Part shown: one piece after another, positions 15,679-29,375 of the stretch
How positions within the stretch are numbered: position 1 is the stretch's first letter
Layout: every line of letters starts with the position of its first letter
Notes under the pieces: generated by a model
Databases searched by the model: none
What the model saw: the letters and a program-made list of their open reading frames with translations, nothing else
What the model was told of the DNA's origin: nothing
Position numbers and translations under genes: made by a program
Assembly: GCA_964016885.1 (NCBI GenBank)
Contig: OZ024742.1
Coordinates: 229,710,001 to 229,774,000 of the forward strand
Direction: 5' to 3'
From: Eledone cirrhosa
Taxonomy: Eukaryota
DNA length: 64,000 bases

Positions 15679-16243
15679 ACATACACACACACACACACAT
15701 ACACACACTTGTCTTAATAGGCATCTGAACTGTTGACCTGTCAGCAGGCAGCGTCGCACACACATCCCTGCTGACATTATCACAACAACGAACCTCTTTA
15801 CTACTACTACTACACACAAACACACACACATATTTGTCTTAAAAGACTTATTTTTCAGTGACTTCTCAATCAGCCGAGACAAACCTACATTTGGCGCAAA
15901 ATCAATTCTTAACATTCACATGACCTCTACTGACCAATCAAAATTGTTTTGACCACAAGAATTTTTTCATACATCTTGAGCCACTTTTTTTTACATAAAA
16001 CAGGTAGAATTTCCAAAACTAATCAGATTAGAGCAAACATGACGGGCGCTCTATCTCAAAATTATTTTTGAAAAGCATTAGAAATGCTCAACCGGTAAAA
16101 ACTTAAAACCAAAACTGAATACTAACCAATACTATTACTAATTTTTACTTATTCCTAATTAAATTATTTTTCACTGTGAACAATTTGTCAGCATTTTCTT
16201 TTCCTTTTACCAATATATCATAACTCGTGTGTTACACCTCTAT

Positions 16244-16316
<73 letters not shown>

Positions 16317-17877
16317 ATCAACGCACGGTACAGGTTTGTCATATTTTCCTGAGTTCAGTTTTTTTCGTCGCTTTGGTCACTGCGGCTCGCCTATCGGTCG
16401 CTGTCTTCAATTTGCAAAGCTGTCTAAACGTAATGTTATAACTTATTGAGTGCTTACGGGGTCGATAAAATAAAATACCAGTCACGCACTAGGGTCGATT
16501 AAATCGACCTTCCCCTCCTCCAAAGTCTATGGCCTCGTGCCTAACACATCTCCCTTACCATCCTCCGGGGAAACGCCTTCTCCATTCTCCCCGCCGGGGC
16601 TGTGGGGAGGCCATCAATATGATTACTTAACCCTTTCATTTCCATATTTCTAGGAAACATTATAATATAATGGTCTCTTACAATCAAGAATGACTTGCTA
16701 ATATATACCATTATTTTCTAAAGGATTTAGTTGCAGTTGCAGCACCGATCATAGGGAGACAATACCTGCATACCTCGTCTCTTATTCCACTGCAACAACA
16801 CGGTGGTGACAGTAGGAAGGTTACACCAATGATTTCCCTTAGGTACACTGAAAGGATGAAAGGCAACTTGGAACTCGGTGTTATTTTAAACCAAAACGCA
16901 GAGGGCTGGAACAAATATCCAACTATCTAACGATTCTGCCGAATCGATCACCATTTATTGTCTTCCATTCTACAATTTTGACGAAATAAACAAGACATTA
17001 TTTTTCAATGCCTTCCTTTGTACATTTGCTTTATTCCATACTAGTTGCTTTGCTATCCAATAGAAGCTTTTAAACATACTTTTTATTAATTTATTATTGA
17101 GGATGCTAAATATAATTTTTTAACATCAGTCTTACTCTATATGCTTTCACTATCCTATTTTTTTTCATGTTTTCACTCTGAACTATGTACGGTACAGTTG
17201 TAGTTTATTATCAGAATAGTTATAATACTGAAGTATATTGTATTCGTGATTTTTATCCAGCTTTAAATATTCGACTAATAACATTCTTTGTTAACCGTTT
17301 ATTTAACCAAACAGCGTTGGCTTCTATCTAGTTTATTCATGAACAACTATTTCTATCACTGCCTAATTATCTTTCGGTATCCAGCAATGTAATATTGTTT
17401 GTTTTCCACACGTTTTCCCTATGTTTAGAGTTGCATTAGCATTTAAAATCAATATTATATTAATAACCCCTTCAAAAACATATTTATCCTATTACTCATA
17501 ACTGGTTATCATATTACTGATAAATGTGTTTTCCAAAGAATAACTGAATGTTTAAGACGTTTTCCTCGCAATCTCGCGGTCTGGAGTTCAGTCCCCTTGC
17601 ATGAGATCTTGATTAAGTCCCTTTACCATAGACTCCATTCAACTAAACCTCATGAGTGAAATTAATTTGACAGAAATTTAATGTCAAAAGCGGATGGATA
17701 GCAACATGTACAGCTTTGTCACATATTGTGTTACTCGGTCTATCTGTCGATCACTCGACCACATACACGATACTTTCTGAGGCGGGCGTTGAGTAGTTTG
17801 AACGACGGGGATCCATCATCATCACATCACAAACTACTATAAGTATGTATATGAGATGATGAACTCTTACTAATAAT

Positions 17878-18061
17878 TGTTTCTACTTTTGGCACAAGGC
17901 TAGCAAATACCCAGTACATTACTAGTACTTTATTTTATCGGCGCTATAAGGATGAAAGGCAAAGTTAACCTCGACGGGATTTGAACTCAGACCGTAAAGG
18001 GACGTAACTATGCTGGAAAGCATGGCGTCTGACCCTCTACAGATACTGCCGATTCACCGCC
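17878..18061 (-). mobile_element. Same SINE family, 18-bp TSD
   Basis: TSD tgaactcttactaataat at 17860 and 18065. Confidence 0.88.
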
Positions 18062-18262
18062 ACTTGAACTCTTACTAATAATGCTGAACCGACACCATAT
18101 CTAGTAGATTATGATTGTTAATGATGTAAGCGCTATAATATAAAGAGATGGGGACGGAAGTGTTTGAGGAATATGCATATATTGTCCCATAATTCAAGAA
18201 GGAATCGTACGGGCACTGCATTCACATACGGTGTTTCTAGGGCATTATTAAACCTGGCGGAA

Positions 18263-18428
18263 GGGCGGTGGATTGGCAGTATCAGTAGAGAATCGGATAC
18301 CATGCTTTGCAGCATAGATTTACGGCCCTTTACTGTCGATAAAATAAAGCACCAGTAACGTACTGGTGTCGATTTAATCATCTTTCCTCTCCCCCTCAAA
18401 TTACTGGCCTTGTGCCTATACTAGAAAT
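18263..18428 (+). mobile_element. Same SINE family (internally deleted), 19-bp TSD
   Basis: TSD cattattaaacctggcgga at 18243 and 18429. Confidence 0.8.
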
Positions 18429-19669
18429 CATTATTAAACCTGGCGGAGCCCCATCCTTTCCAGGCCTGAATACAGAGTTCTTATAAAGAAGGATAAAAAG
18501 GGTTGGAGAATGGGATGCAGAAAGAGATATTGATTAAAAATCAACACCAGTACTAGGATGGCACCTTTTTATCGACCTGGAGTGGATGAAAGGCAAAGTT
18601 GACCTCGGCGTGATTTGAACTCAGATAGCAGAGACTCGAATAGAATACGGCAAAGCATTCTATCCGACGTTCTACCGACTCTGCCAATTTGCCACTGAGG
18701 AATATAACTCGGTATTAATTTACACCTGATGGTTAGCGTAAATCTGTAGAATCCTCTCACTCATATACATGACTTATTTGCATTTGTAGATGTTGTTTTA
18801 GCAATTAAATCAGAGCATGCTCATAATGATTAACACAAAGATGCGAGAGCGAATGTGTTATAAACTGTAGCCAGAGTTGTTATTGATTTCTCTACACCTT
18901 ATTCAACACTTCCCGTATTTCGATTCCACTTTGGCGAGACATTTAATTGTTATGACTTGATCTTCGACACCTTCTATATTTCGGTTTCACTTTGGCTAGG
19001 TATTTCAAAGCTGTGTCTCAGTCTCTCATAATGAATATTTCATTATGAATATTTCATCTTGTCATTTAAATTCTCTTCATGCATTAGAAACCATAAATTC
19101 ACAGCATCATCCATTGAAGAATTTGGAAACATATGTTCCTTCATGTATGAAGGGAATAATAGGAACAGAACTTGTTGGGACGAAGACATCGTTTTCCAGT
19201 CACACTAGCGGTCAGTGCAATTTACAGGGCACGTGGAAATGGCATATACAATGATTAATTATGAATTTGTATATGTACAAAGATATTACAGAAATTAACC
19301 CAAGCTGCAAGAAATATATATGTAAACGCACACGTATCTTATTTACGCATTTCGAAATGTACGGATAAATTCGTAAATAAAGCATTTACATGTTTATATA
19401 TATAAATGTTTAATCATGTATTGTTTAAATATGTAATATTTCTGTACATATATAAATCTATAATATACTACAGCTAGTTAGATATGTGCTATTATTAATT
19501 ATATTATTATGGTCCCCATAATGACTATGACTTTGAATCTAGAATGTTTCCCTTTGGGACACAAGCATGAGTATGGTTTGATTGTGGAAGATCAGCAGTC
19601 GCTTATGCATACCAGTGTCCCCTCTCCACGCCATCGGTGTTGTCCAAGGAAAAGGCATTGGCATTGGCA

Positions 19670-19816
19670 CCAGTACTTATTTCTACAGCTGAGTAAACTG
19701 GAGCAAAGTGAAATGAAGTGTCTTGCTCAAAGACACAACACATCACCCTCTCTAAGAATCGAACTAACAAACTCTCAATTGCAAGCCCAACGCTCTAACC
19801 ACTAAGCCATGCACCT
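19670..19816 (-). mobile_element. tRNA-derived SINE with CORE-like domain; older relatives near 2610-2740, 9975-10350, 35540-35830
   Basis: Minus strand: tggcttagtggttag (A box), gttcgattc (B box), tgtgtctttgagcaagacactt. Confidence 0.7.
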
Positions 19817-20565
19817 TTTCCTCATGCATCAGAAACCATAAATTCACAGCAACATCCATATGTGCTATATGATGTCGTATATAGATATGTACTATCTGGC
19901 AAAAAAAAAAAAAATAATAATAATAATAAAAAGTGAATAGCCAATACGAAAAGAAAACCCCAACCAAAAGTCTGTGAATTTACATACGCAACGATGGGTA
20001 TGAGTGGACGCGAAATAGAGTCCTGGAGATTCTAGCTTGGGAAGAGATCACGAAAGAAACACATGGGTGAAAATCATATCTCTCTCACTCTCTGATCGTA
20101 CCACAGACGAGAAATTGTTACCATCAAAAACTATAAATGGCATCAAGGTAAAAATAATAGGGAAAGATATATTGGTAGTGTTTTAAGATTCCGAAGGGTT
20201 TTTTAAAAATATATATATTATTAATCTTCGAGTTGTACGAAGATAGACATCATAATTGATATTGAAAAGAAAAGTATGCATACAAGATGTATCTTAAATA
20301 TTTAAACCAGATCGAGTTAATCTATATCCAAGTTTGAAGACAACGGTTTCTTCCAGAGAAAGATAGAGAGTGAGTGAAACAGAATGAGAAATGCACGCAC
20401 ACGTTTATAGAGAGAGAGAAGGGGAGTGAACTGCAAACTTGACGTCAATATGATTTGAACCCAGTGCACAGAGAGTCAGAAGGAAAACTACGAAGCATTC
20501 TATCCAACGTTTCAACGACGTCTCCAGTTTGTTCTCACTTGCTAGGGACGTTACATGCAGTAATA

Positions 20566-20760
20566 ATTGTTTCTACTTTTGGCACAAGGCCAGGAATTAT
20601 CCCAGTGCTTTACTGGTACTTTATTTTATCGACCCCGTAAGGATGAAAGGCAAAGTTAACCTCGGCTGGATTTGAACTCAGACCATAAAGGGGCATAACT
20701 ACTATATGCTGCAAAGCATGGCATCCGACCCTCTAACGATACTGCCGAATCCATCGCCCT
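20566..20760 (-). mobile_element. Same SINE family, 11-bp TSD
   Basis: TSD atgcagtaata at 20555 and 20763. Confidence 0.85.
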
Positions 20761-20789
20761 AAATGCAGTAATAGTGTCTCTGGATTTCA

Positions 20790-21310
20790 AACAATATTCT
20801 TGCACCCTCTGTCTTGCCACCAGAGAGCAGGCCGGTTCCCCCGACACGCCACTCTCAGACACACATATTAAGAGTAAGCCTGGACGCAACTGGCTTTCCA
20901 TCTCAACTGGAGGCAGCTAGCCTAGACCGCGGAGATGGCAAGCGCCCCGACGGATTCACCCTCTTCCCATTCGAAGGAGGTAGATCCCTCATCTGTGACG
21001 CCACCTCTACTACGACACGTTCTCGCCTCCAACTTAGTCACTTCGACCATAAACCCCGGCATCGCAGCCCGCTTCGCCGAAGAACATAAAATAAACAATT
21101 ACCGGGGATTGTCCAGCCGCCTCCTCTTCGCACCAGTCGCCATCAAGTCCTCAGGCATACTTGGATCCCGTACTGCCGAGCTCCTCCGCAAGATCGGAGC
21201 GTCGGTGGCCCGTTTGTGGAGGGAGCCCCGCGAGGTTGGGTGTCTGTTGCAGCTGGTGTCATGCGCCATCATCGGGGGGAATGCTTTTGCCATCATATGG
21301 CCAGGTGTAG
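20790..21310 (+). pseudogene. CRE-type non-LTR retrotransposon 3' fragment (restriction-like endonuclease)
   Basis: GC-rich island; RH..LE..GDGKRPDG..PF..G..L..DAT and AA..AE..K..Y..FAPVAI.S.G.LG..A.IGGNA; pyrimidine-rich tail follows. Confidence 0.8.
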
Positions 21311-21981
21311 CACCTCTGCGCTCTTGTCCTAGACGCAAAGTCCAATCTCCCTTTCTCATTCCCCCCTCCCATCTCTTCTGCGACACCAGAGCTCCTCCTC
21401 TTCCCGTTCTTTTTCTTCTTTCTTTCGCTCTTTTCTTCTTTCTTCCGCTCCCTATTCTTTCTTTCCTTTTGTTTCCCCCCCTTTTTTTTCTGTAAGTGTT
21501 TTCAATTTTCTAACAATTGTATTACTGTCTTAGTTTCTTCCAACTCAGCTGTTTAAGAGGAACAGATGTATTCAATGTCATCCTGCGAAGTGTAAATCAT
21601 TCGTATAGAATCATTATTATATTGACAATTTCAGAAAGAAATATGTCTAGTCTGAAGTGTATCTTAATTTCACAGTAAAATTGTTTGGAAATATAGAGAA
21701 GACTTTGAAATATTTGACAACTCCAGAGATAACTCAGGAATAACATAATAGCTAGATACAATATTTATGTGAATGCGGACATATTTAATGAAGGGAATAT
21801 TTAAAATACAAGACAAACTTTAGTCGGAAATTAACTATGACGATGAGGTAAAAATGATAAAAAATTAAAAGAATAATAATAAAAAGCAAGAACAGTCATT
21901 AACTTATATTTTTCTGGTTATGCATATACTCAAGGCCTGTATTACCATTGCTGCCAACTAGGCAACATCATCGAATGCACA

Positions 21982-22080
21982 CATCGTAGTGTGCAAACAG
22001 CGTAGTGTGCAAACAGCGTAGTGTGCAGACACCGTAGAGTGCAAACATCGTAGAGTACACATATCATAGAGTGCAGATAT
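21982..22080 (+). repeat. 16-bp minisatellite, ~6 copies
   Basis: Unit cgtagtgtgcaaacag, decaying toward the 3' end. Confidence 0.85.
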
Positions 22081-22549
22081 TGTTCAATCTTAAAGCATCA
22101 CTGTTTTGTACGAACTAGTATAATTAACAGAAATATATAATAAATTATTGTCATTTATTTATATACTGCAAAACATCTTCGCCATGTAGCAGTGTTGTGG
22201 AAATATATTTGGGAGAAAGGAATATACTTTCAAGGCAGCGAACTGTGTAGACGTGTATTATTTTTTGTGTATGTGTGTTTGTGTGTGTGTATGTGGGGGG
22301 GGGGGGGGCAATGATAGACACATCAGCAACACACACAACTACTAATGAGAACAAAGCATTAAAATATTTACAAGCCGTAACCAAAGCATAAGTTTATAGA
22401 AAGACTCTCGTTTTCATCTCATTCTAGATGCGTGAGTGTGCGTCCGTGAAATATATACATATACACCAGGTCCGAACACAAAATAACAAAACTCCCACTG
22501 CCACTGCCTCCGACCCTCCCGTTCTCGCCACCTCTCACTATCATGAGCA

Positions 22550-22862
22550 AATGGGGGCACACGCGCTGGCTCCAGTGGACAGAATAGAGAAGGCATTTCC
22601 CCGGAGGATGGTGAGAGAGACGCCCTGGAAGAGCCATTCCAGCTTCGTGAAGCTAACACATGCGGGTAGCCAACTCTCTGCCGATGGTAGCGAGCACGGA
22701 GGTGGCCCTAGGGCCAAGGACACCAGAAGTCTCCACTGCTACAGGCTCGATCACAAACCTGTCGGAGATATTTGGAGAGTTTACCCTTCTTGGCCTTAAG
22801 TGCAGCAGAGCCTGGGCTAGTGCAGGTTGCTGCTGGAGAATGTGTCGCTACATGTGGCGTAA
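22550..22862 (-). pseudogene. Second CRE-type RLE C-terminal fragment
   Basis: Minus-strand ATCSDTFS, EPVAVETSGVLGPRA, WLFQGVSLTILRGNAFSI, homologous to 20790-21310. Confidence 0.75.
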
Positions 22863-23395
22863 TGGCTATTCATTTTGAAATATTAGCTTTATAATATTTG
22901 CTATGTTCTCTTATAGAGAACAAAAAACGAAAAACAAAAAAAACTGAAGCTTTTTTGTCTTGTTTTAGTCAGTGTTGAGCGTCAGTTAGCCCTCTACAGG
23001 ACAGGAACCAAATCTGATAACACGGAAAAGAATGGAAATGAGACTCTACAAGGAAATGTAAGAAAATAACTTTTAAACTAAAGAGAAACAGGCTAGAGAT
23101 TATCCTTGTGGGGTGGTATCTTCCGAGAAAACATGCAACATGAAGAAAGAATCACTAAAGGAATTACAAAGAGAACCATTAGATATAAGTAGTACAGTAA
23201 ACTCAGACAAACTAATATTTGCAGCCAATCTATCTGAAGAAAAAATAAAAGAAACCAAATTAGCAAGATTTATTCCTTTCCGTTACTAAGAATAAAAAAA
23301 GATCCAACAAATCATTTAAACGAAAGAATTCAGCAAGCTGGTAAGTTTTATAATGTCTCGGTGTATCATAAATGAGAGATTACTAACATTACTTT

Positions 23396-23438
<43 letters not shown>

Positions 23439-24690
23439 CATAGTATTTAGTATAAACATGTATGTTTGATCATTTGATTCGACGTCCAGTTATGTCCACC
23501 ACTCTATAGTTGAGGAGGTGCTTTTAAACAGGCCCTTCATTGGACACGTTGACAAACAGATTCAGTTTTCCTTGATCGTTCATCTACGGATTTCTAACCC
23601 CCCCCCCCACACACACACCTGCATACATACATACAAACATGCATACACACATACATACATACATAGATACATACATACATGGTAGCCACTACTTTATATC
23701 CATGTAGGAGAACGCCTACCGATATGCTGAACAAGTGTGACTTTTCAGTCCAGCCAGCGACTTGAAAACTGTGGTTCAAACACTACACTAGTGACAATTA
23801 TTGACACATAGTGCTGGGCCCATGGTACCATGTGACGACAAGTGCAGAGAGATCTCCAGATATAAAGCAATGCCTGTGCCGTGAAGCTTTTATAGTGAGC
23901 AAAGGCACTGCACAAAGCCAGACCCACTCTCTTAACCAAGATGATATTTACTAAAAAGAAGAACACGTCAACATCATTGGATACCATCAGAGTTGCAGGT
24001 GTTATATCAGAGTTTTCCTTCTCCTAGAATTCTGCCTTGACAAAGGCTAAGGGGTCATCTCTCCCGGTGATTTTGGCTGGCCATTGACATACATACTTGT
24101 ATGTATGTATGTATATTGACCGCATCCAAAAGAGCCAAGATTTCAAATTAATAAAAAAAAAATTTAATTTTTTTATTTCAATACAGCACTTTATTAGACA
24201 AGATTTTAGGGGGAAAAAATCTATCTAAAAGTGATTCAAAGAGATTCTAACATGATTCTAACACTTCATCTTGAAAGAAATGACTTAATACGTACAAACG
24301 CTACATCAACACCGGTCTTACAGCTGTTGCGAAACTACTGTACAAACAATATTTCGATACTGGACGCATTGTATACTGCTAGCTTATACTTCTTTTCTAC
24401 ATTTATTTCCTTCCCTCACTCTCACTCTTTATCCATCTCTAACCACTGGATGTTTCAGCTCGCCTCTCAGTCACATTTACACCCCGAACACATCCCCGTC
24501 TGTACAGCATCCAGCGACAACTCACACCCTAACATGTCTGAGGTTCCTTCTAAGCCCTAACCTGACGTCGAGCATAAATAGAGTGATCCAACTGTAATAA
24601 TTTCTTCCCACTCTTTCATTCTGCACCGTCCTGAGAGTCTGCAGATGCTGTTTTATATATATATATATATATAGATATAGATATATATAT

Positions 24691-25010
24691 AAATATGAGC
24701 GGAACAAGTAAACATTAAACAATCTTTTAAATAAATTAAAATACGATTTAAATATTTACCTCTTCTAGTGCCATGACCGGACGGTTTCGCTTATCAAAAG
24801 ATTGGAAATTCAGAGAATTTCCAATGGAAAGATATAGCTCTTCAGATAGCGTTTCCAAATCTACTAAACATAAGTCCTGGAAATTCTCTGAATTTCCAGT
24901 CTTTTGATAAGCGAAACCGTACGGTCATGGCACTAGAAGAGGTAAATATTTAAATCGTATTTTAATTTATTTAAAAGATTGTTTAATGTTTAATTGTTCC
25001 GCTCATATTT
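24691..25010. repeat. Inverted repeat, 133-bp arms, 54-bp spacer
   Basis: 24691-24823 vs 24878-25010. Confidence 0.95.
24770..24850 (-). ncRNA. Type I hammerhead ribozyme (GUC site)
   Basis: GCUAU-CUGAAGA-GCU..long stem II..AGC-GAAA-CCGUCCGG-UC-AUGGC; a homolog at 49941-50019 shows compensatory changes. Confidence 0.85.
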
Positions 25011-25108
25011 ACAGTTCTGGTATCTCAAATTAGTACCATAGAACAACCACTATTATAGACAACATATATATTTCCGTGGGTACCTAGTACCTACTGGGAT
25101 ATCTATAT

Positions 25109-25188
<80 letters not shown>

Positions 25189-25455
25189 AAAAAATGAAAC
25201 CAAATTTCATTTCTCACTCTTAGTACGGCTGTTACTTAAATATAAGTATGTATACGTACATACATATATGTATACAGGCGCACAATAGTATGTATATATA
25301 TATATACATACATGCACACATATATATATATATGTACGTATGGGTTTACCGAACATTTATTGTAGTGCTCGGTGTGTTTGTAAACAAACATCCCGAATTA
25401 AGCCGTACAGTGTCTAGCAACCATCGTTTCCCTTTTGTTCAACACTGACAAAGGA

Positions 25456-25498
25456 ACGCTGTACTAGTTTCAAGCTTATTAGCTATCGTCAGCAACGT
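25456..25498 (-). ncRNA. Minimal type I hammerhead ribozyme
   Basis: ACGUUG-CUGACGA-UAGCUAAUAAGCUU-GAAA-CUAG-UA-CAGCGU. Confidence 0.85.
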
Positions 25499-26847
25499 AT
25501 ACCTTCCTCCAAGATGATTGAACGTCTGAAATTATATACTTTCCTTATGCATATTAACGGTTGAGCAGCCTAATTTGCATATAGAGTGAGTTAATCGGCC
25601 GGGTGCACCGAAAACGATAAATGGAAAAAATGAAACGAAATTTCATCTCTCACACTTAGTACGGCTGTTACTTAAATATAAGTATGTATACGTACATACA
25701 TATATGTATACAGACGTACAGTAGTATGTATATATATATACATACATGCACACATGTAGGAAGAACGAAAAAAGAAAGAAGAGCTTGTATTTAGGTCAAT
25801 TTAAAAGGAATTAACAATTTGTAGGAATGGTGAAATATGATTCCAGAATTTAAAATTTATTTAGCTATATCATGAGTTATAATATTGTATATATAATCAA
25901 TTAGATTATATGAAGAATTATGGTTGTAAGTAGATTTTATCTTATCACATTACAACAGGTTGTAAGTATATAAATATCTATAAGTATATAAATATATATA
26001 TTGTGTATGTACAAGTATTATATAAATAGAAATAAGTTACAATTATTAGTTTTTTACATTTCTCATATGAGTTACGAAGGATGTTAATTCTGCATTTTAC
26101 ATTAAAAAAATCCGTAGTTCAAGTTGTAAGAGGAGAACAATTTGTAGATTCAAATATTTTGTTCAAATAAAATGTTTTCAGAATATTGTTAATTTAGCGA
26201 AGTTATATAGTTTATTATACATATTATATTATAATAGAATGTTTATGCTTGCACGATTGAAAAGGAAAAGAAAACTCCAATGTTGTTTGATAACCGTTAA
26301 ATTTGATGAATGATTTACTTAGAAAATATATAGAGAAAATTATATATTATTTTGTGTGAGATTAATTTCAATTATATATTATTTTAGTCGAAAGATGTGT
26401 GAAAGTTTGGAGATCAAAGAAGGGGAAAAAAGAAGGGGAAAAAAGTAATGTGCAGTTAGAAGAACTATCGTAAAGAGGATAACTTTCAGAATGTCAATTA
26501 AAGATTATCAATCTACACCTAAAAAAATATATTTAGAGGAGTATCATTAAGAAAATAATATCAAAAGGTAAAAATATTAAAAATATTAAAAATTAAAAAT
26601 TAAAAATTGAGAAGGAAGATCATTTAAAAAAAATTTAAATTTAAATTTTTAAAGAAAATACTCAGTAAATAATAGGATCTTTTTAAAGGTTTATAAGATA
26701 TAGTCAAGTGTAATGAATATCATAAATTAAAAATACTTCTGAAAGTGGAATTTTGGCGATGTCTGCAACTAGAAAATAATTTTTAAGATTATTAGATTAA
26801 AAATTTATATTTGTTGAATTACCAACAAATTGAATATCTCTTTTGCT

Positions 26848-26879
<32 letters not shown>

Positions 26880-28180
26880 CGTGGGCCAGTCAAAAGGTAA
26901 TGTCTACTTTGTCATAGCTAGCTCATTGATTTATAGAATGAGTTGTAATTTGGCACAAAGGTAAAGACACATATCTTCTTGAGATTAAAGAATATTATTT
27001 AGTGTTTCAGATTTGTTTGTATGCGTGACTGAGTTTATTTTAAGATGGCCGCCCCCATGGATATCCGTCAGAAGCAAAGAGAAGTAACTGAATTTCTTGT
27101 TGCTAAATGAGAGACCCCCGTTAACATTCACAAAAGACTAAAATTTATTTATAAAGGTGACTCCGTAGAGCATAGCAATGTGCGTAGATGGGCCCATTTT
27201 CTGAATGAATATGAAGAGGGGGGAACTGCAAGCTTAGCACACAGGCCTAGTGTTGGCCGCCCGTCAATTTTAGTCAACCCTGACAACAATGCAAAAGCAG
27301 AGGCTTTAATCAGAGCTGATAGGCGCATAACCCTTTATAAGTTGGCATTAGAACTCGGAGTAATGTCATGCTAATTCTCATAATATTGTTGACGCTCTTG
27401 GACTTTCAAAATCTCTGCTCTTTGGGTAGCATTAGAACTCACAGTTGAGCACAAGACTGAAAGAGTTAACTGCTGCATTGAACTCGCTGAATTCAGTCAA
27501 ACTGACAACAGGTTCTTTGGAAGGCTTATCAAAGGTGATGAAACTTGGATTCATTATTATGAACCTGAGGGCGGTGAATTGGCAGTATCGGTAGAGGGTC
27601 GGACGCCATGCATTGACGCATAGAGTTACGGCCCTTGCCATTCTGAGTTCAAATCCCGTCGAGGTTAACTTTGCCTTTCATCCTTACGGGGTCGATCAAA
27701 TAAAGTACCAGTAATGCACTGGTTAATTGCTGGCCTTGTACCAAAAAGAAGAAACAATTATTATGAACCTGAGTCAAAAAGCCAATCGGTGGAATAGCGT
27801 TACTCCAAAAACCCAGAGGCTCTAGGTACAATAGTCAACCGGAAAATCATGACGACTGTCGTTTGGGATACTGAAGGAGTGATTCTCATTGATTTCTTGC
27901 CAAGGGGAGAAACAATTAACTCTGAAGCATATATTGAAAGACGTCTTTGGACCCGCGAAAGAAGCATTGAGATGCCACCATTACGGAAATGATGAGGACG
28001 TGAAAACTGCTGTCAAGAATAGGCTTCCTGAACAGCTTGCAGAGTTTACGAAGATGGTGATGATTATCTTGAGAAGTAGGAATGCGATCCTCTGATGGAC
28101 AGCTTTTGATGTATATATTTTGTTTTGTACTTTATTTTTCTCGCAATAAAACAAAAGCATTGCTTATTGACTGGCCTTCG
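26880..28180 (+). mobile_element. Mariner-type DNA transposon fossil interrupted by a SINE
   Basis: TA-flanked imperfect TIRs cgtgggccagtcaaaaggtaatg / cattgcttattgactggccttcg; decayed transposase from 27045 (IHKRL, VRRW, GRP, GDETWIHYYEPESKSQS, GKIMTTVVWD..G.ILIDFL..GETIN). Confidence 0.9.
27570..27756 (+). mobile_element. tRNA-derived SINE with Meta-like central domain and 17-bp TSD
   Basis: A box tggcagtatcgg, B box gagttcaaatcc, body gcctttcatccttacggggtcgat..aagtaccag; TSD attattatgaacctgag at 27553 and 27757. Confidence 0.9.
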
Positions 28181-28896
28181 TATATCTGTATATTTGTGTG
28201 TATATGTGTGTGTCTGTGTATGTATATATAATTGTTTGTCAATGCTCCTGTATAAAATGTCCAATTAACCATGACATTGCCGACCATATCATAAATGAGA
28301 GAGATAGAGAGAGGGAGAGAGAAAAGGGGGAGATAGGGAGTGAGGGAGAGAGAAGGAAGAGATAGAAGAGGTGATGAATAAAGGAAATTGAGTTTTAATT
28401 AGAATGGAATGTTTAGCATTGAAGTTTTTCACAGAGTAATTTTGGGTAGTTAAGGCGGTTGGCGGTTTATCAACAACTTTGTCTAACCCTGGGGTAAATG
28501 TTTATGCATCCAACCAAAATTAGACAAATGATGGTGAATTAAATACTAATTGGCCCCGGAAAGGATGTCTACGATGTCTACGATCATATGTATACAGACA
28601 GAGCGCGACAGATCGATTGATCGATCAGTAGAAAAATAGATAGGTAGATAAATATATAACTGAATAGATAAATAGGTAGATAGACAGACAGATAGATATA
28701 CAGACAGACAGACAGACAGACAGACAGAAAGATGGATAATCACATAGATAGTTAGAAGGATATTTAGATATCCAATTAGATAGATAGATAAAGACATACA
28801 TAATTAGAAGGGTAGTTCGATATCCACTCTGATATTTTGAAAATAAATAGACAGAGAGGAAGATAAATAGATGCATAGATAGATAGATGTGTAAAT

Positions 28897-29019
<123 letters not shown>

Positions 29020-29165
29020 GGAAAAATTTGAACAGGAACAAAACAGAGAGGCAGTACAACGAATGTTTATTAATTTCACGCTCTGGAGAGTGCGGTGTTG
29101 GTGGGGAACGACGTTTCGGGCATAAGCCCTTCCTCGGGTGAGAAGTGTGTGTATATATATATATA

Positions 29166-29213
<48 letters not shown>

Positions 29214-29280
29214 TATATATAGATATAGATAGATAGATATATACATACACACACGCACACATATATATTTTCAAATATAC

Positions 29281-29375
<95 letters not shown>

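Noticed and set aside
21982-22080. CRISPR-like periodic repeat
   Set aside because: Contiguous 16-bp units without unique spacers in a eukaryotic context; a minisatellite.
22998-23346. Exon-like purine-rich segment ending in G|gtaagt
   Set aside because: Stops in all frames I read and no recognisable protein; at best a decayed exon.
27570-27660. tRNA genes suggested by A/B boxes
   Set aside because: Box spacing is too long, there is no cloverleaf, and they are followed by a SINE body and TSDs.
29106-29142. HHR-like CCGAGGA-A-GGGC(UUAU)GCCC-GAAAC-GUC on the minus strand
   Set aside because: Stem I is at most 2-3 bp and the core is altered; probably a decayed pseudo-LTR hammerhead, not counted as functional.
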